Below the pieces are notes generated by a model. The model ran no database searches and had not been told where the DNA came from. It worked only from the letters and a program-made list of their open reading frames with translations. Made by a program: the position numbers and the translations under genes. DNA of 64,000 nt from Blepharisma stoltei ATCC 30299 (Eukaryota; Protista; Ciliophora). The stretch lies in NCBI GenBank assembly GCA_965603825.1, contig CBFDEM010000056.1, positions 868,001 through 932,000 on the forward strand, given 5' to 3'. Shown in pieces: positions 25,989 through 38,441 of the stretch (position 1 is the stretch's first letter; the number at the start of each line of letters is the position of its first letter).

Positions 25989-26020
25989 TTATTGTAATTT
26001 TTTAATTATAAAACAAATTA

Positions 26021-27298
26021 TTATGCTAACTCTTTTCTTGATCTTTCCCAATCTGACAGAAACTGCTTAAATTCGCCAATTGTACACGCATTTTTTATGA
26101 ATGGGTGCTTTTTTAACTTGCAGGCAGTAGCCCTCTCATAAGGATCTTTTTTAAGGCATTCACTTAAAAAATCAGTAAAAAAATAACTCCATCTATTTTG
26201 GCTGCCAAGCTGAGGAGCAGGCATCTGGGTAATATAAGCCATAGCTTTCATTGGAGGTTCATTTATGAATGGAGGGTCTCCTTCTGCAATTTCTATTGCT
26301 AAAATTCCTAATGACCATATATCGCATTTTATGCCATAGCACTTGCCTTCAGCTACTTCTGGAGCCATCCAGTAAGGAGTGCCAATTATGGTTTTTCGTG
26401 AAGAATTATCACAAGTTAATTGGACGCTGAAGCCAAAATCATTTAACTTGATAGAGCCCTAAATATAATTTACCTCAGTAGACAAGAGGATATTGTCAGA
26501 TTTTATATCACGATGAATTCGATGCTCTTGATGAAGCCATGATAAACCTTTTAGGATCTCTCCACAGATATATCCGATGATATTTTCAGGGATTCTCCCG
26601 TAATTGTCTTTTATTAAAGCAGTTAAGTTGCATTTCATAGCCTCAACAGCTACCCATATTTCACTGGATAGTTAATACCTTTTGTACTCAAATGCCTTGT
26701 AGCACTCAATGATATTTTCATGCTTAGAAAGCTGAAGAATGCCGATTTCGTTCAAAATTTGGGTTTTTTGCTCTTTTTCTTGGAATTTGACCCTTTTTAA
26801 GGCCACTTCTTGGCCCGTTTTCTTATTTGTCGCCCTGAATACAGACCCTCCATCTCCAATCCTTGATGAAATAGCATACTCTTTTAATGGATCTTTCGAA
26901 GAAACCTTTACTTTGTTCTTCATTAGCTGCTTATATTGTTTTGAAGAAATAAGATTGGTAAGATTTTCTTCATCTAAATCATCTGAGCAATGGGAATAAT
27001 TATTAATTTGAAATAAAGGACTTTCTGGCTCTCCATTATATTCAGGCGTATACCTACGCTCAAATATTATGCAGCTTTGTTGCTGTTTACTTTGGTAGCA
27101 TGATAAACAATAATGGCAAGACTTTAGTGGCCAAAGCAAGTAATGCTTTTTGCTGATACTGCATCTTTTACAAAAAATATTTTCTAATTATAAGCTACTG
27201 CAGATTTTGCATTTTCTTTTCTTACTGAAAAATTTAAATACATAGTGGCAGTTTGTACACTCAGAACTTCGCCTGGAATTTGTTGTTATTGTGTCCAT
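26021..27298 (-). CDS. STE20/PAK-like kinase with N-terminal FYVE-like zinc finger (410 aa, 3 introns)
   Basis: CTNC...KRKCKICKNIFCKRC...CHYC, HRDIKSDNILL, DFG, GTPYWMAPE after removing three 15-nt introns. Confidence 0.88.
26459..26473 (-). other. 15-nt spliceosomal intron GTAAATTATATTTAG
   Basis: Removal restores LSTE|GSIKLNDFG. Confidence 0.9.
26664..26678 (-). other. 15-nt intron GTATTAACTATCCAG
   Basis: Removal restores YK(S)EIWVAVEAM. Confidence 0.9.
27184..27198 (-). other. 15-nt intron GTAGCTTATAATTAG
   Basis: Removal restores CKIC(K)NIFCKRC. Confidence 0.85.
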
Positions 27299-27759
27299 TT
27301 TAATATATTAGATAATGAATTCTTTAGTGGCTCGTATGATACTTTTCTGTGAAATGCAGAACGAGAATAAAAAAAATGATAAATCGTAGTATCAGCTTTA
27401 TAAAAATATAATGGATTAATAAATTGGTAGATTAAATAATATTTATTTAATGTTTTAAAAATTCAAAATAATTCATTTTTATAAACAGTTTTAATTTAAA
27501 AAATAATTATTTTGAATTATTGTCAGTTTAAATAAAATTTACTTTAACTTTAATTAGGATATTTTTAGGGTTCTGTTATTTGAAATTTATTTTTTTTATT
27601 TTTATATCTCCTTAGACAAATAAAGAGTATTATTATAATTCTGCTTTAAATAAAGATAAAATAACAGTCTATAATCTCAGTAAACTTCTGGCGAATTTCT
27701 TATGATTAAAATAAGAAAAATTCTAATTTAACACGTTTACAAAAGCACCATTATAAATA

Positions 27760-28818
27760 ATGGATCCAGACACCCAAGTTGATAAAGCCTATAGAGATTC
27801 AGTTTTCAGCAAGCTTCGCCCACTTCCAGGAAACCAAACCTGCTTTGATTGTACGGCAAAAAACCCAATCTGGTGTTCAGTCAACTTGGGGATTTTTATT
27901 TGCTACGGATGCACTTCAACACATAGATCTCTTGGTACTCATTTAAGCTTCGTCCGGTCTAGTGACTACGACATGTGGACTCTACGTCAGTTAGCCTACC
28001 TCGAGCTCGCAGGAAACAAAAAAGCTAAAGATTTCTTCAGATCCCACGGTATTCACGGAGCAGTTGACTATTCTTCTCAAATAGCTGAAAGATGGAGAAA
28101 CGAGCTCGCTGAAAACGTAGAAGAACTCTACCCACGAGCCATCAAGCGAAAAGAATCCCACACAGAAACCGAAGAAAACGCTATAAAACCTATAATCCAC
28201 ACTCAAATAGTCCATAACGAAGAGAAAAAAGTGGAAGAAGTCAAACAAGAAGTCCCAAAAACAGCAGCCGTTGTAAAGCAGACTGTCCATATATTAAACA
28301 AGCCTAAATACACCCCGCCAACAGAAACACAGCATAGGTTTAGAAAAACAAAAGTAGAAGAAACAGCGTCCCCTGCTATGTTTAAGCCAGTCAGCTTTAA
28401 GCCACCTGTAGACGAAGAAGAATTTTTTGACCCGCAGCCTCTTAAGCCTCCTGAAAGACAAGTCCCAGTTATCTCATCAGAACCAATTGTCCCGCAGCCT
28501 GCACCAGCTGTAATTCAAAAGAAAAATGTAGAGAAAAAAGGCTTTGGGAGTGAAGATTTTGAACAGAAAAGACTGACTGAGAGAGCAAATAAGCAGAGAT
28601 TAGCAGAACTTTCGTCTGCAAGGGCAATTTCTAGTGACATGTACTTTGGAAGAGAAGAAAATAATGGAACAAGCAATGATAATGCTGAGTATATTAGAGA
28701 AGAAGCAAATAGGCTTGCAGAAATTGCAAAGGAAAAAGCTGGAGAGGTAATGAATATTTAGTTGAAAAACAAGGCAGTTAATATATGGAATAATTTGCAT
28801 GAAAGGTTTGGGTCATAG
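27760..28818 (+). CDS. ArfGAP (ArfGAP2/3, Glo3-like; 347 aa, 1 intron)
   Basis: CFDC..KNP.W.SVNLGIFIC..C...HRSLGTHLSFVRS; AISSDMYFG Glo3-type motif. Confidence 0.92.
28747..28761 (+). other. 15-nt intron GTAATGAATATTTAG
   Basis: Consensus match; removal adds an amphipathic C-terminal helix LKNKAVNIWNNLHERFGS. Confidence 0.8.
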
Positions 28819-28909
28819 AAGATATACATTTGATAAGCTAATTTCTTTTATATTAGGTTGTAATTAATAAATAAAATTTTTGAAAAGATATATTGTTACA
28901 ATTTTAAAA

Positions 28910-30370
28910 TTAAAAATGTCTTGAAACTATGTCACAAAATTCTTTAAGATCGATTTCGCCGTCCCCATTTTGATCCACCTGATATATCAGCTCGTTCCAA
29001 ATGTCTAAATCTTCGATATTTTCACCTTGTAATGCCCATTTTAACTCATCAGCTGATATCTTTCCGCTTCCATCTTTATCAAAAGCATCAAAAGTATTCT
29101 GCAGGTTCGTAGCAGTCGCTAATTTTTTCATATCTGTGGCAGCTTTTAAAAAGTCGGTATACCCAATGCAACCATTCTTGTCTGTGTTTACTTCTTTCAT
29201 AATTCTATCTAATAGCTCTGGGGTATATCCATTTAACATTTTAAATCCTTTTTCTAGCTCCCCTCGGCTTAATTTTCCATCTCCATTTTCGTCTAGTTTT
29301 TTGAAGGTTTCTCTTGCTGATTTTATGTCTTGTGAAGAAGCTAGCTGGGTTATTATAAAAGTAATGATAGCTTCTTTGATTTTATTGCCAGTTTTAAATC
29401 CTGATAAATTGCCCCAGGATGTTCGCATAATGTCATCAGCTGTAGGAGGCTCACTGAAGTTGTTTTTAATTCAATCGTGCTCTAGTGCGTCTCTTGCATT
29501 AATTCTGTCCTTTTCAGGTGTTAATAAGCGGTTAATTAGGTCTTTGGCTTCTTCAGAAAGTTTCTGAAAAGCTTCGGTTGAATTGCTATTGTACTTCATT
29601 TGTTTTATGCTATTTAGGATTTCTTCTTCAGTTGTTCCATCAAAAGGGGGCTTTCCGGTCAACAGTATATACATTATCACGCCTGCGCTCCATAAATCGC
29701 ATTTTTCTGTATAACCGCCAACTAGCACTTCTGGAGCAATATAATAGGGAGTCCCAAATGAGCCAGTTAGTTCTTGATTCTTGCTAAAATACCCCGCTGC
29801 TCCAAAATCAATAAGTTTTATTCCTAAGCCTTCAGACTTTTCGTCAAAAAGGATATTTTCCAGCTTAAGGTCTCTATGAGCGATATTTTTGGAGTGCATA
29901 TAAGATAGGCATGAAAACAACTGTTTCATTATCATGGCAGCATCAGACTCTTTGAAACGTTTCCACTTGACAAGTGCTTCAAAAAGTTCTCCCCCTCGAC
30001 AATGCTCCATTACAATGTAAAATTCTTCAGAATCCTCGAAAAATTCGTAGGCCCTTATAATATTTGGGTGATCTAGAAATTTGAGAATTTCGATTTCTCC
30101 AAGGAGCCTTTGCATGTAATTTTCTTCAAAAAAGTCTGATTTTTTGAAAATTTTTACTGCCCGACGTGCCGAGGTTTTCTTGTGGGTACAAAATCGAACT
30201 TCTCCAAACGCACCTTTTCCTAAGGTTCTACCAGATTGGTAGACGTTTGAAAAGGCTTGGTTGTTTATTTTCACAAAAGTACTTGGCAGAATTCTTAGTT
30301 CATCAATTCTGCTTAAAACAAAGGTTGACATTGATCTGATTCTTCTCTTCTTACTTGATATACAGCCCAT
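28910..30370 (-). CDS. calcium-dependent protein kinase (486 aa)
   Basis: MGC N-terminus, GKGAFG, HRDLKLEN, DFG, APE, HD(W) at TGA 29471, four EF hands. Confidence 0.93.
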
Positions 30371-31311
30371 TTTATTATTATGACCGTAATTCAAACTTAC
30401 TTAATGGCTTAAAATTTTTAGCTCATTTATGTTTTGAATGAGATCAAGAAGCGTTGCCTTAATTAACTATTTAATCAGCATCTCACATGAGTTTCTAATT
30501 TTTTAATATTTACCATTGTTATCGGTTACCAGAAGAAATTTAAAGGTGTTCTGATCAAGAAAAATTATAGAAAATTTGAATACAAAGCGAAAAAACTGCT
30601 TTTAACGTAAAATTTAGGAAAATAGAAGATTCCCCCAAAGCCTGGGAAGAATTTTATCATAGGCAGCTTCAGACTAAAAGTAAAAATTGAAAAAGAAATC
30701 CTCAATGAGATCTCATAAAGAACGTAATAAAATAGGTAATTAATTGACAGATTTTAAGGAGAAAGTGATGCTTCAATCCTAATGCTCTTATAAATTCTAA
30801 AATCTGCTTTTTTCCTGAGAAACATCTACTTTTATAAATTGTAGAGAATTTGAATTTTCAATTGCTCCATATTTGATTATCAAGAAGTGAGTTAATTTAA
30901 TAAATTGTTTTAAGCATAATCTTAATGAAAAAATTAATTTAATTTCAGCAAAAATTCTACTTTATACAGAGCACCTTTTGAGATATTAAATAATTACTTA
31001 TTCTCTGCTTTTATGTAATCTTCGAAAGCTTTTATTCTAATTGCATAATTTTTGCATTTTAATTTTTAATATTTTATATAAAATTCCATGTTAATTTTAC
31101 TAAATGATTTTGAATCGTAATGACTGCGAAAATTATGATTATTTTAAATAATTATAAAATAACTATATATTAAAAATAAATATATTTATTTAGAAAGAAA
31201 ATTGTAGGCTTTGCCATAATCTAAGCAACATGCTCTTTTTCAGCTAAAGAACAATTGTCAATAAATTTAAATTAAAAATAATTTTTACTGCAAAAATATA
31301 TGTGATTTACT

Positions 31312-31626
31312 CTAATTAATTTCAGATTCCATTTGCTTTATTTGGTGCTCTGTTTCTTTCAACTTTTTTGAGAGAACTTCTAATATTTGATCTATATTCC
31401 TCATTTGCTGCTCAAGCGTAGTCATTGTTTCCGAGCTGTCTTTTTCTACTAGGGTTTCTCCAACTGATTTCCAGCACCTTCTTCCTGGCCCTATCTTTTT
31501 CAGTGTCTCCAAAACTATTACATGTTCTTTCCTTTCACTCTCGATTTCTGTAATTTTCCCCACAAGACTTGAATATTCTTGCCTTGCGTTTTGATATAAT
31601 TTTCTTCTTTCTTCTGCCTCACTCAT
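31312..31626 (-). CDS. PFDN2: prefoldin subunit 2
   Basis: KITEIESERKEHVIVLETLK...RRCWKSVGETLVE. Confidence 0.85.
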   Translation of the reverse strand: MSEAEERRKLYQNARQEYSSLVGKITEIESERKEHVIVLETLKKIGPGRRCWKSVGETLVEKDSSETMTTLEQQMRNIDQILEVLSKKLKETEHQIKQMESEIN

Positions 31627-31744
31627 TATTTTTGATTTTAATATTTATCCAAAATGATAAAATTCCTATCTAAGGGAAAAAAATATTACGCTAAATATTA
31701 ATCATTACCGCCTAAAATATTTTAATTAACCCTTAAAACTGATT

Positions 31745-32311
31745 TTAAGCTTCATTATTGTTTTCTTGTGCTCCTTGTCCTTTATTTTCTTTATCTGCTT
31801 CTCCGCGTTTTTTTAAGAGTGAAAAACATGTAAGAAGACAAAGAAATCCTACTAAGGCCAAACCAACAAAAACATATTGAACAATTAGGATTGCCAATGT
31901 TAAAGCCCAGGCATCATAGTAATCGTCATAGCAGTCGTCACTGGTGTATAGCCAAACGCTACCTGTAATCATCCAAGCTACAGTAAACAAGAACGCAATC
32001 CCAAAGAACGCAGCAAACGTCCACCTTACCCAAGGCGTTTCCTTTTCAGTTCTATTGCAAGCTGCTTGGAGTGCTAGATTAGCTCCAGCCACCAATCCAG
32101 AAAAAATAGCCCAAACAATCAGCCACTCTCTATATAAAAGTTACCTTATAGGGTTGTCACAGTTTTTGTCAACGTCTTCAGCTAAGACCACAATTATTGC
32201 AATTATCTAAATATTTTATACAAACGCCAAGACGAAAAGAGTTGATATAAAGGCTGCCACAATATCTTCTATTTGTCTTTTTCTTTCAGTTCGAGTTTCA
32301 GTGTCTGACAT
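31745..32311 (-). CDS. four-TM membrane protein, TMEM272-like (178 aa, 2 introns)
   Basis: CDNPIREWL after splicing; FTVAWMITGSVWLY...C. Confidence 0.75.
32130..32144 (-). other. 15-nt intron GTAACTTTTATATAG
   Basis: Removal restores CDNPI(R)EWL. Confidence 0.88.
32207..32221 (-). other. 15-nt intron GTATAAAATATTTAG
   Basis: Removal joins TM1 (VLAF|IIAIIVV). Confidence 0.85.
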
Positions 32312-32706
32312 TTAATTGTAACCATATTTGAAATCCTAAGGTAAGAAAATTAAATTGTAAAATATTAAGACGAGTTTATGGTATTATTTTTATTAAATTT
32401 TCAAATTTTAGGGTAGGATGAGCTATTAATTTAATGATGGTAGAGATTTGTATGATTTATTAAATAATATGAATCTAAAATGCAAGTGGATTTAATTACT
32501 TTAAAATTAAGATTTATCCGTTTTTCTGATGATAATATCCTTGTGTAGAGCTTAACGCTGATATTTCAGGAATTTATTGATTTAGGTCTTGCAAGTCCTC
32601 AGTTTATAAGGCCAAAATTAAAATTAAAGCATTTTTCTTAATTTAGTGGCAAAATAATCTCATTATTCTTTTAATCGTTAAATTTCGAAAACAATATCTA
32701 TATATA

Positions 32707-34155
32707 TTAACTATTTATACTTGAGCTTCTTAATCTTACAGGAAATCCCACAAAATCAGGAGTTATTGAAGGCACAAAATCATAGTCTCCCATTGAGTTA
32801 CTTTTTGATTGAAAATTAGACGAAGCCATACCAATGCTAGCTACAGTCGAAGCATTCGTTAAAAGTTTCTCTTTTAAAGAGCTACCTCCAAAAGGTAACT
32901 TTAAACAAGGAACTCTCGGCTTAGGCGGCTTTAACTGTGATTCATTATTTTTCTTTGTATTTTCTAGATTTTTTAATGCATTATCAGCAACTTTTATAAG
33001 CTCTTTAAAATCATGATTTGCAGTTGTCGCGTTAGAGCTTTCAAAAGAGGTGGATGGGCTTGTTTTTATATTAGACGTAGATTTACATCTCATTATTTTT
33101 GAAAATTCTCCACAGTATCTTGGCTTTACATGCTTATATTTAGAAGGAGAATTAATAGCTGGCTTGTGATTATACTCATTGTGCTGAATTTTTTTCCTCC
33201 CAAGGGATTTTGTACTCATTAATCTTTTTCCTGATTCTGTCGCTTCTTTTAATGTAAACTGTTTTCGTGGAGGAGAAATTTCTTGAAAATTTGAAGAAAC
33301 AAACTGGCCTGGAAGTCCGTATAGGTCTTCAATGACTTTTTTCTCATTTGTCAATCTTTCTTCAATTTCTGGATTAAGTGGCCGTGATGGGTGTCTAGAT
33401 TTTACTCATTGAATAATTGATTCTTCTTCACGCATTTCTTTTTCCCTTCTTTTTTCCTCTATTTTTTCTAGTCTTCTTTTAGCGTCAGCTACATAAAAAT
33501 TACCTGTAAGTCTTTTAACAAGCTCTCTGGCTTGATTTTTGCTGATTTGTTTCTCTTTTGTCCTTTCCACAGACTCTTCTTCTTGCTTTTTAATAATCTC
33601 TCGGACTTTTTTTGCAATTTTTCTTTTCTTTGTATCTTCTTCTAGTCTTTGGTAAACTTTATCAGTCATTGCTTTTGGAAGTATTTTAACAGATTGGCTG
33701 GTCTGATTCTTTTCTTCAATTTCAGAGTATTCCTTAATATTTGTTTTTATTTTAAATCTTCTATTTACATCTTCTAAAAGCCTTTCAAATACACCTGTCC
33801 TCTTTGTACTCGAAGATTTGCTTTGTGTTTCATTATACTGTGACATTGATTTTTGAAGTAAAGTTTTGCGATTTATATCAAATACCATTCGGTCGACAAA
33901 ATTCATACGACTGGTGTCAATATCTTTAAGCAGCTGAGCTATTAAATCAGGATTGAGCTCAGCTCCTCGTTCTTCAGAGTTTCTTCGGACAGGGGAACAA
34001 ATAGGAGAGGATTCAATAGAAAATTGATGCTGACTGTTATGAGTTGCAGAAGGTTTTGATAAGGAGTGGCCAGAAGGCTTGCTGAGAAAGGAGGATTTAT
34101 AGTAGGCTGGGATTGAGTCATCGCTGTTGTTTGTTATAATGGCTTGGTTTTCCAT
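32707..34155 (-). CDS. hypothetical coiled-coil protein (482 aa)
   Basis: Two ORFs joined via TGA 33406; repeated VFERL/VYQRL units. Confidence 0.65.
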
Positions 34156-34361
34156 CTTTAAATGCAATGAAAATTAATAAAGAAGCAGAATTGAAAAGCC
34201 GCATTTATAAGAAGAGGAAATATTATTTTATTTATAAGGTTAATAAATCGGCTTATTATAAATCTTTAGACTATTATTTATTATATTGAGAGTTTTCATT
34301 AAACTAACTTATTTATTAATTCAGCAACTTATTTTCAAATAAATTTAAACTATTACCTGCT

Positions 34362-36008
34362 CTATACATTTTCTTTTCCCTTATCGGTGTCCTTATTACA
34401 AAGAGCTACCATCAGATTTGTCTGAGAAATCTTCTCAATTATTTCTTTTCTCTCTTTATTTATATACTGTAAACACATCTCAGACACTGGCCCAACCATG
34501 TTTTTAGGCACAGACTCTCCTAAAATAAATATTTCAGCCTCTAGCAATGACTGAGACGCGCTCATAGAATTTTTTATATCAAATATTGACCCAATAATCG
34601 CAGACTTATACAGCTTCATTCTTTTCTCTATAAATCTTAACTGGGACTCTAAAATATCACAATTCCCTTTAAACTGCCTTGCTATTAAATTTTCAATAGA
34701 CTCAGTCTGCATCTTTTTATACTCGTTAAACAAATCCAAAATATCAGTAAAAATCCCTGCTTTTTCTATAGGCAAACTTATACAAATCGGGGTATTTAAA
34801 TTGTGGATTATCGCCTGGGCTTTATTTTCTAATTTTTTTGTAGGAGTAATCGAAGTAATTTCAGAAAATGGCAGCTCTTCTCTTTCTATTTCAAAAGAAT
34901 CTACAGGTCTGAATATTAATCTGTCTTTTTCTAAAGAAACTGAAACCATTTTTTCTATTTCTTTTCCTTTTTTTGTGACTTGTCCATTTACTCCTTTCAT
35001 AATTTCTACATACTTTTTAGAATCATCACAAAAGCCTGCTTCTTGTAGCCTTTTTTCCAAAATATTGTTTCTTTCTGACATAAAATCAAGCTCAGTTTTA
35101 AAAAGTCTGCAGTCTCTTGATGCTTTGTTTTTTTCTAAATGTAAACGTTCTAAAGTTTCAGCGAAGTCTTCAGTTAATTGCTTTTCATCATGATAAATAT
35201 TAGTTAAATCTTGAAGGGTGTGCATATGGGTATCGTAATCTTGCTTAATTGTTTCAAGAGAAGTCACCTTTTCTTGAAGGACTGAAACTTGCTGTAATAA
35301 TGATGTAGTTTCTGCAGATAAGCTTGGATTTTGGTGCTTTGAGTTCATGATATTTGCTAATGATAAATTATTTTGGCTTAAAATAATTTTTATGCTCTGA
35401 GGAAGCTCTTCTAATGATGATTGCGATGTATCGTGTATGGCAGGATCAATGATAGCTGCTAATTTGTTAAGAATATATTTATAGTCTTGTTCTGATGTAG
35501 GAGAAGGTGTAGAACCTTCTGTTATTTTATTTGCAAAATACGATAAGTTGTGAATCGAACTCGCTGGGGTGTGTTTACTCGGATTTTTTTGATTTTCGTC
35601 TAAATTTAGCGAACTAAAAGAAGAGAGACTTTTATTTGGCTTATTTTCCTTTTTGTCTAATGCCAAATTTAACGCTATAAACCAATAGTCCCTTTCTTCT
35701 TGGCTGTTAGCCCAGAATTTTATGGTATGGTGATGTGTTTCTAGCTGGAAACCATAAGAGCTAGCGTGCTGAATTTTTGTTAATTTGTTAATGTGAGTTA
35801 AGGCAATTCGTTTGAATTGAGATTGGGTAATTGAATGATTACTCCATCTAAGCTCTCCTGAAGAATATTCAAGCCACATATATCTTTGGTTTTGCAGTGA
35901 TTTAGTGTCTTTATATATTCCAGATCCTGTATAGATTTCACCTTTTTTGGCGTAGTCTTCGTAAAACTCAGATACTCTTTCTGACCTTTTTTCAACTATT
36001 TTTGACAT
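34362..36008 (-). CDS. PH-domain coiled-coil protein
   Basis: N-terminal PH-like region ending ANSQEERDYWFIAL, then coiled coil. Confidence 0.75.
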   Translation of the reverse strand: MSKIVEKRSERVSEFYEDYAKKGEIYTGSGIYKDTKSLQNQRYMWLEYSSGELRWSNHSITQSQFKRIALTHINKLTKIQHASSYGFQLETHHHTIKFWANSQEERDYWFIALNLALDKKENKPNKSLSSFSSLNLDENQKNPSKHTPASSIHNLSYFANKITEGSTPSPTSEQDYKYILNKLAAIIDPAIHDTSQSSLEELPQSIKIILSQNNLSLANIMNSKHQNPSLSAETTSLLQQVSVLQEKVTSLETIKQDYDTHMHTLQDLTNIYHDEKQLTEDFAETLERLHLEKNKASRDCRLFKTELDFMSERNNILEKRLQEAGFCDDSKKYVEIMKGVNGQVTKKGKEIEKMVSVSLEKDRLIFRPVDSFEIEREELPFSEITSITPTKKLENKAQAIIHNLNTPICISLPIEKAGIFTDILDLFNEYKKMQTESIENLIARQFKGNCDILESQLRFIEKRMKLYKSAIIGSIFDIKNSMSASQSLLEAEIFILGESVPKNMVGPVSEMCLQYINKERKEIIEKISQTNLMVALCNKDTDKGKENV

Positions 36009-36498
36009 TTTATAAACCGTTAAGTACGTTATGAATACATGTTATGTTATCTATGGTTTTTACTATTATTTTAGGTTAAGAAAATAATAATTATCAGAAA
36101 TATTTTAATTTGTTTTTATGTTGCATTAATTTAATTCTTAGTTTAAATTTGTATTTATATGCGTTTTAGACTTTTATATTCAAAATTTTTCTTATAAGAA
36201 TAAAATAAAGTTGATCTGTTATTGGAGAAAAATTATGAATTTATTTAAAAGAATTCAATTTATATTTTATCCTAATCATTTTTGGCGTAATTTTTAAAAT
36301 ATTCAGTAATTTAATAATTCCCTTATAAAACCCATATATGTCTCATAAATTTTTTCAAAAAATAATAAAACCTAAGGATTTCCTTAATAAATCATATAGC
36401 TAGCTCATAAGGATTTAAAAAAATATACTTCCCTCGCCCTTTAATAATTGATATCTTGTCAATAATATCCCAGATCTTGAAAAATAATTCAACTGAAA

Positions 36499-37623
36499 AT
36501 GAAGTCAGGACAACTGTAATATCCATACAGAATCATAATGAAAACAATGACTTGGGGACGAGACTCACATAACTTATTCGACTACGAGTCACGAAATTGC
36601 TTCAAAAAGCAACTGCAAACTTCAAGTTCGTGCCAAATCGCCCGTGCGGAAACTGATGTAAATTTACTGTCTCTCCCAGCAGAATCACGAAGACTTGGCC
36701 CAAACTCAAATATTCTTGCTACAGTTTCGCAAGAAAACGGCAACTTTTATATAAATTCCGAAGACGAGCCCCTCTGGCAAATTGTGAGATCTTTGAAAAC
36801 ACAAGACGGACCAGGCCATGTCCTAAAAAAAGACGATGTAATTAAATTGGGGAGAGCTTGCTATAAAATCAAAGAACTTAATTTTGGCCAAGACGACTCT
36901 TCGAGCGAGCAAACACAAGAAAGCGAAGAAGAATCAATGAATGAAGTCCCAGAAGAGCACGAAAGCGGTGTCTGCAGGATTTGCTTCTGCGAGAGCGAGC
37001 CTGAAAATCCTTTGATTGCTCCTTGCAATTGTACAGGGTCAGTAAAGCATATCCATCTTCAGTGCTTACAAAAATGGCTTTCTTATCATATGTCCACTAA
37101 GCAGAGTGATAATTCTGCTGTTTATCACTGGAAAACTATTGAATGCGAGCTTTGCAAAGGCACTTTTCCATTTAGTTTGGGTATAAAGGGCAAAGACCAT
37201 AACTTATTCCAAGTCGAAAAATCCGGGATGCCTTATATAGTTCTTGAGGCTTCAGGTCAGGGCAAAGGTAACGCAAAGGGAGCACACGTCATAACTTTTT
37301 CCAACAATTCCACAGTAAAATTGGGAAGAGGACATGAAAGTGACGTCAGAATTTCTGATATCTCGGTTTCAAGGTGTCATGCTATTATAAGATTTGAAAA
37401 TAACCAATTCATCTTAGAAGACAATAATTCCAAATTTGGCACATTATTGCAAGTGGCCAAGCCAATAGGGATGACACTTAATTCAACAATTGCATTGCAA
37501 TGTGGAAGAACTGTGCTGGCTTTATCTTTAAAGGCTGTGAACTCAAATTTGGGTTCACTAAGTCCTTATGATACATCGATAGATGAAGCTGAAAATTATG
37601 TTCCGTACAAAAGAAGTTTATAG
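36499..37623 (+). CDS. FHA + RING-CH (RINGv) protein (369 aa, 1 intron)
   Basis: CRIC...PCNCTGSVKHIHLQCLQKW...CELC; GRGHESD..ISDISVSR.H...SKFGT. Confidence 0.9.
36516..36530 (+). other. 15-nt intron GTAATATCCATACAG
   Basis: Joins ATG 36499 in frame with the main ORF. Confidence 0.75.
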
Positions 37624-37721
37624 TTAGAATTAATTGAATTTTATAGATTTTGTGGCAAAATTGTTAAATTTTCGGTAATTTTCTAAAATAAAATTGAAAT
37701 TCCATCGAAAATTTATAATAA

Positions 37722-38405
37722 ATGATGGGAGAACCAAGGAAAAATCAACTATCAAAACTAACAAATCAAATATATTTTTCAGGAAAAGATAAAGAAAAAA
37801 TTCTTAACGCACAACTATTCAGCTCTCTTCATAATACGCCGAAATCTGAAAGCCCAGAAATGTCTCACAATCTAAAAACTATAAATCTTAATTTTTTCGA
37901 TACTATGAGGACACCTAACAGAGTTATTAATAAACTAACACATAAAATCTATAACTCCGAGTCAAGACCAGTCCCATTCCCTCTCGAGCTCCCATTCTTA
38001 ACTGGTGGAAAACACTCTCATACTCACTTGCATAATAGGCTAAAAATAGACGATTTTCGATTCCCTTCTCTTAAAATAAAAAGTCCTGAGGAAACAAGTC
38101 ATGAAAAATTAAAAAAAAATCGCCGATCTGATTCAGTTGAAAAAGATTTATTATTGTCTGCGACTGTAGATTCCACTTATAAAATTACCGAAAAAAATAA
38201 GGAAAAAACCCTTAATCGTATATCGCAATCTTGTGAAAAACTAATATCTAGCAACAAAAAAAGTAAAAAAAGAATGATTAAAAACGTAAAATCATTGAGC
38301 AAGAAAATGAGAGACTGCAAATGATTCAGCGATTTAATTGAAAAAAGCAATGATAGAGTGGGATATTATGTAGTCGCTAAGGCTATTAGAGAGAGGAGGA
38401 ATTAA
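37722..38405 (+). CDS. hypothetical basic protein (227 aa)
   Basis: Track ORF extended through TGA 38322 to TAA. Confidence 0.6.
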
Positions 38406-38441
38406 TTATAATAGACTTAATAATTATACAAATTTTTTAAA

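Noticed and set aside
30540-30790. Coding-like stretch and intron-like GTAATTAATTGACAG
   Set aside because: No ATG-initiated frame, and the 15-mer lacks the invariant A at -6; at most a relic
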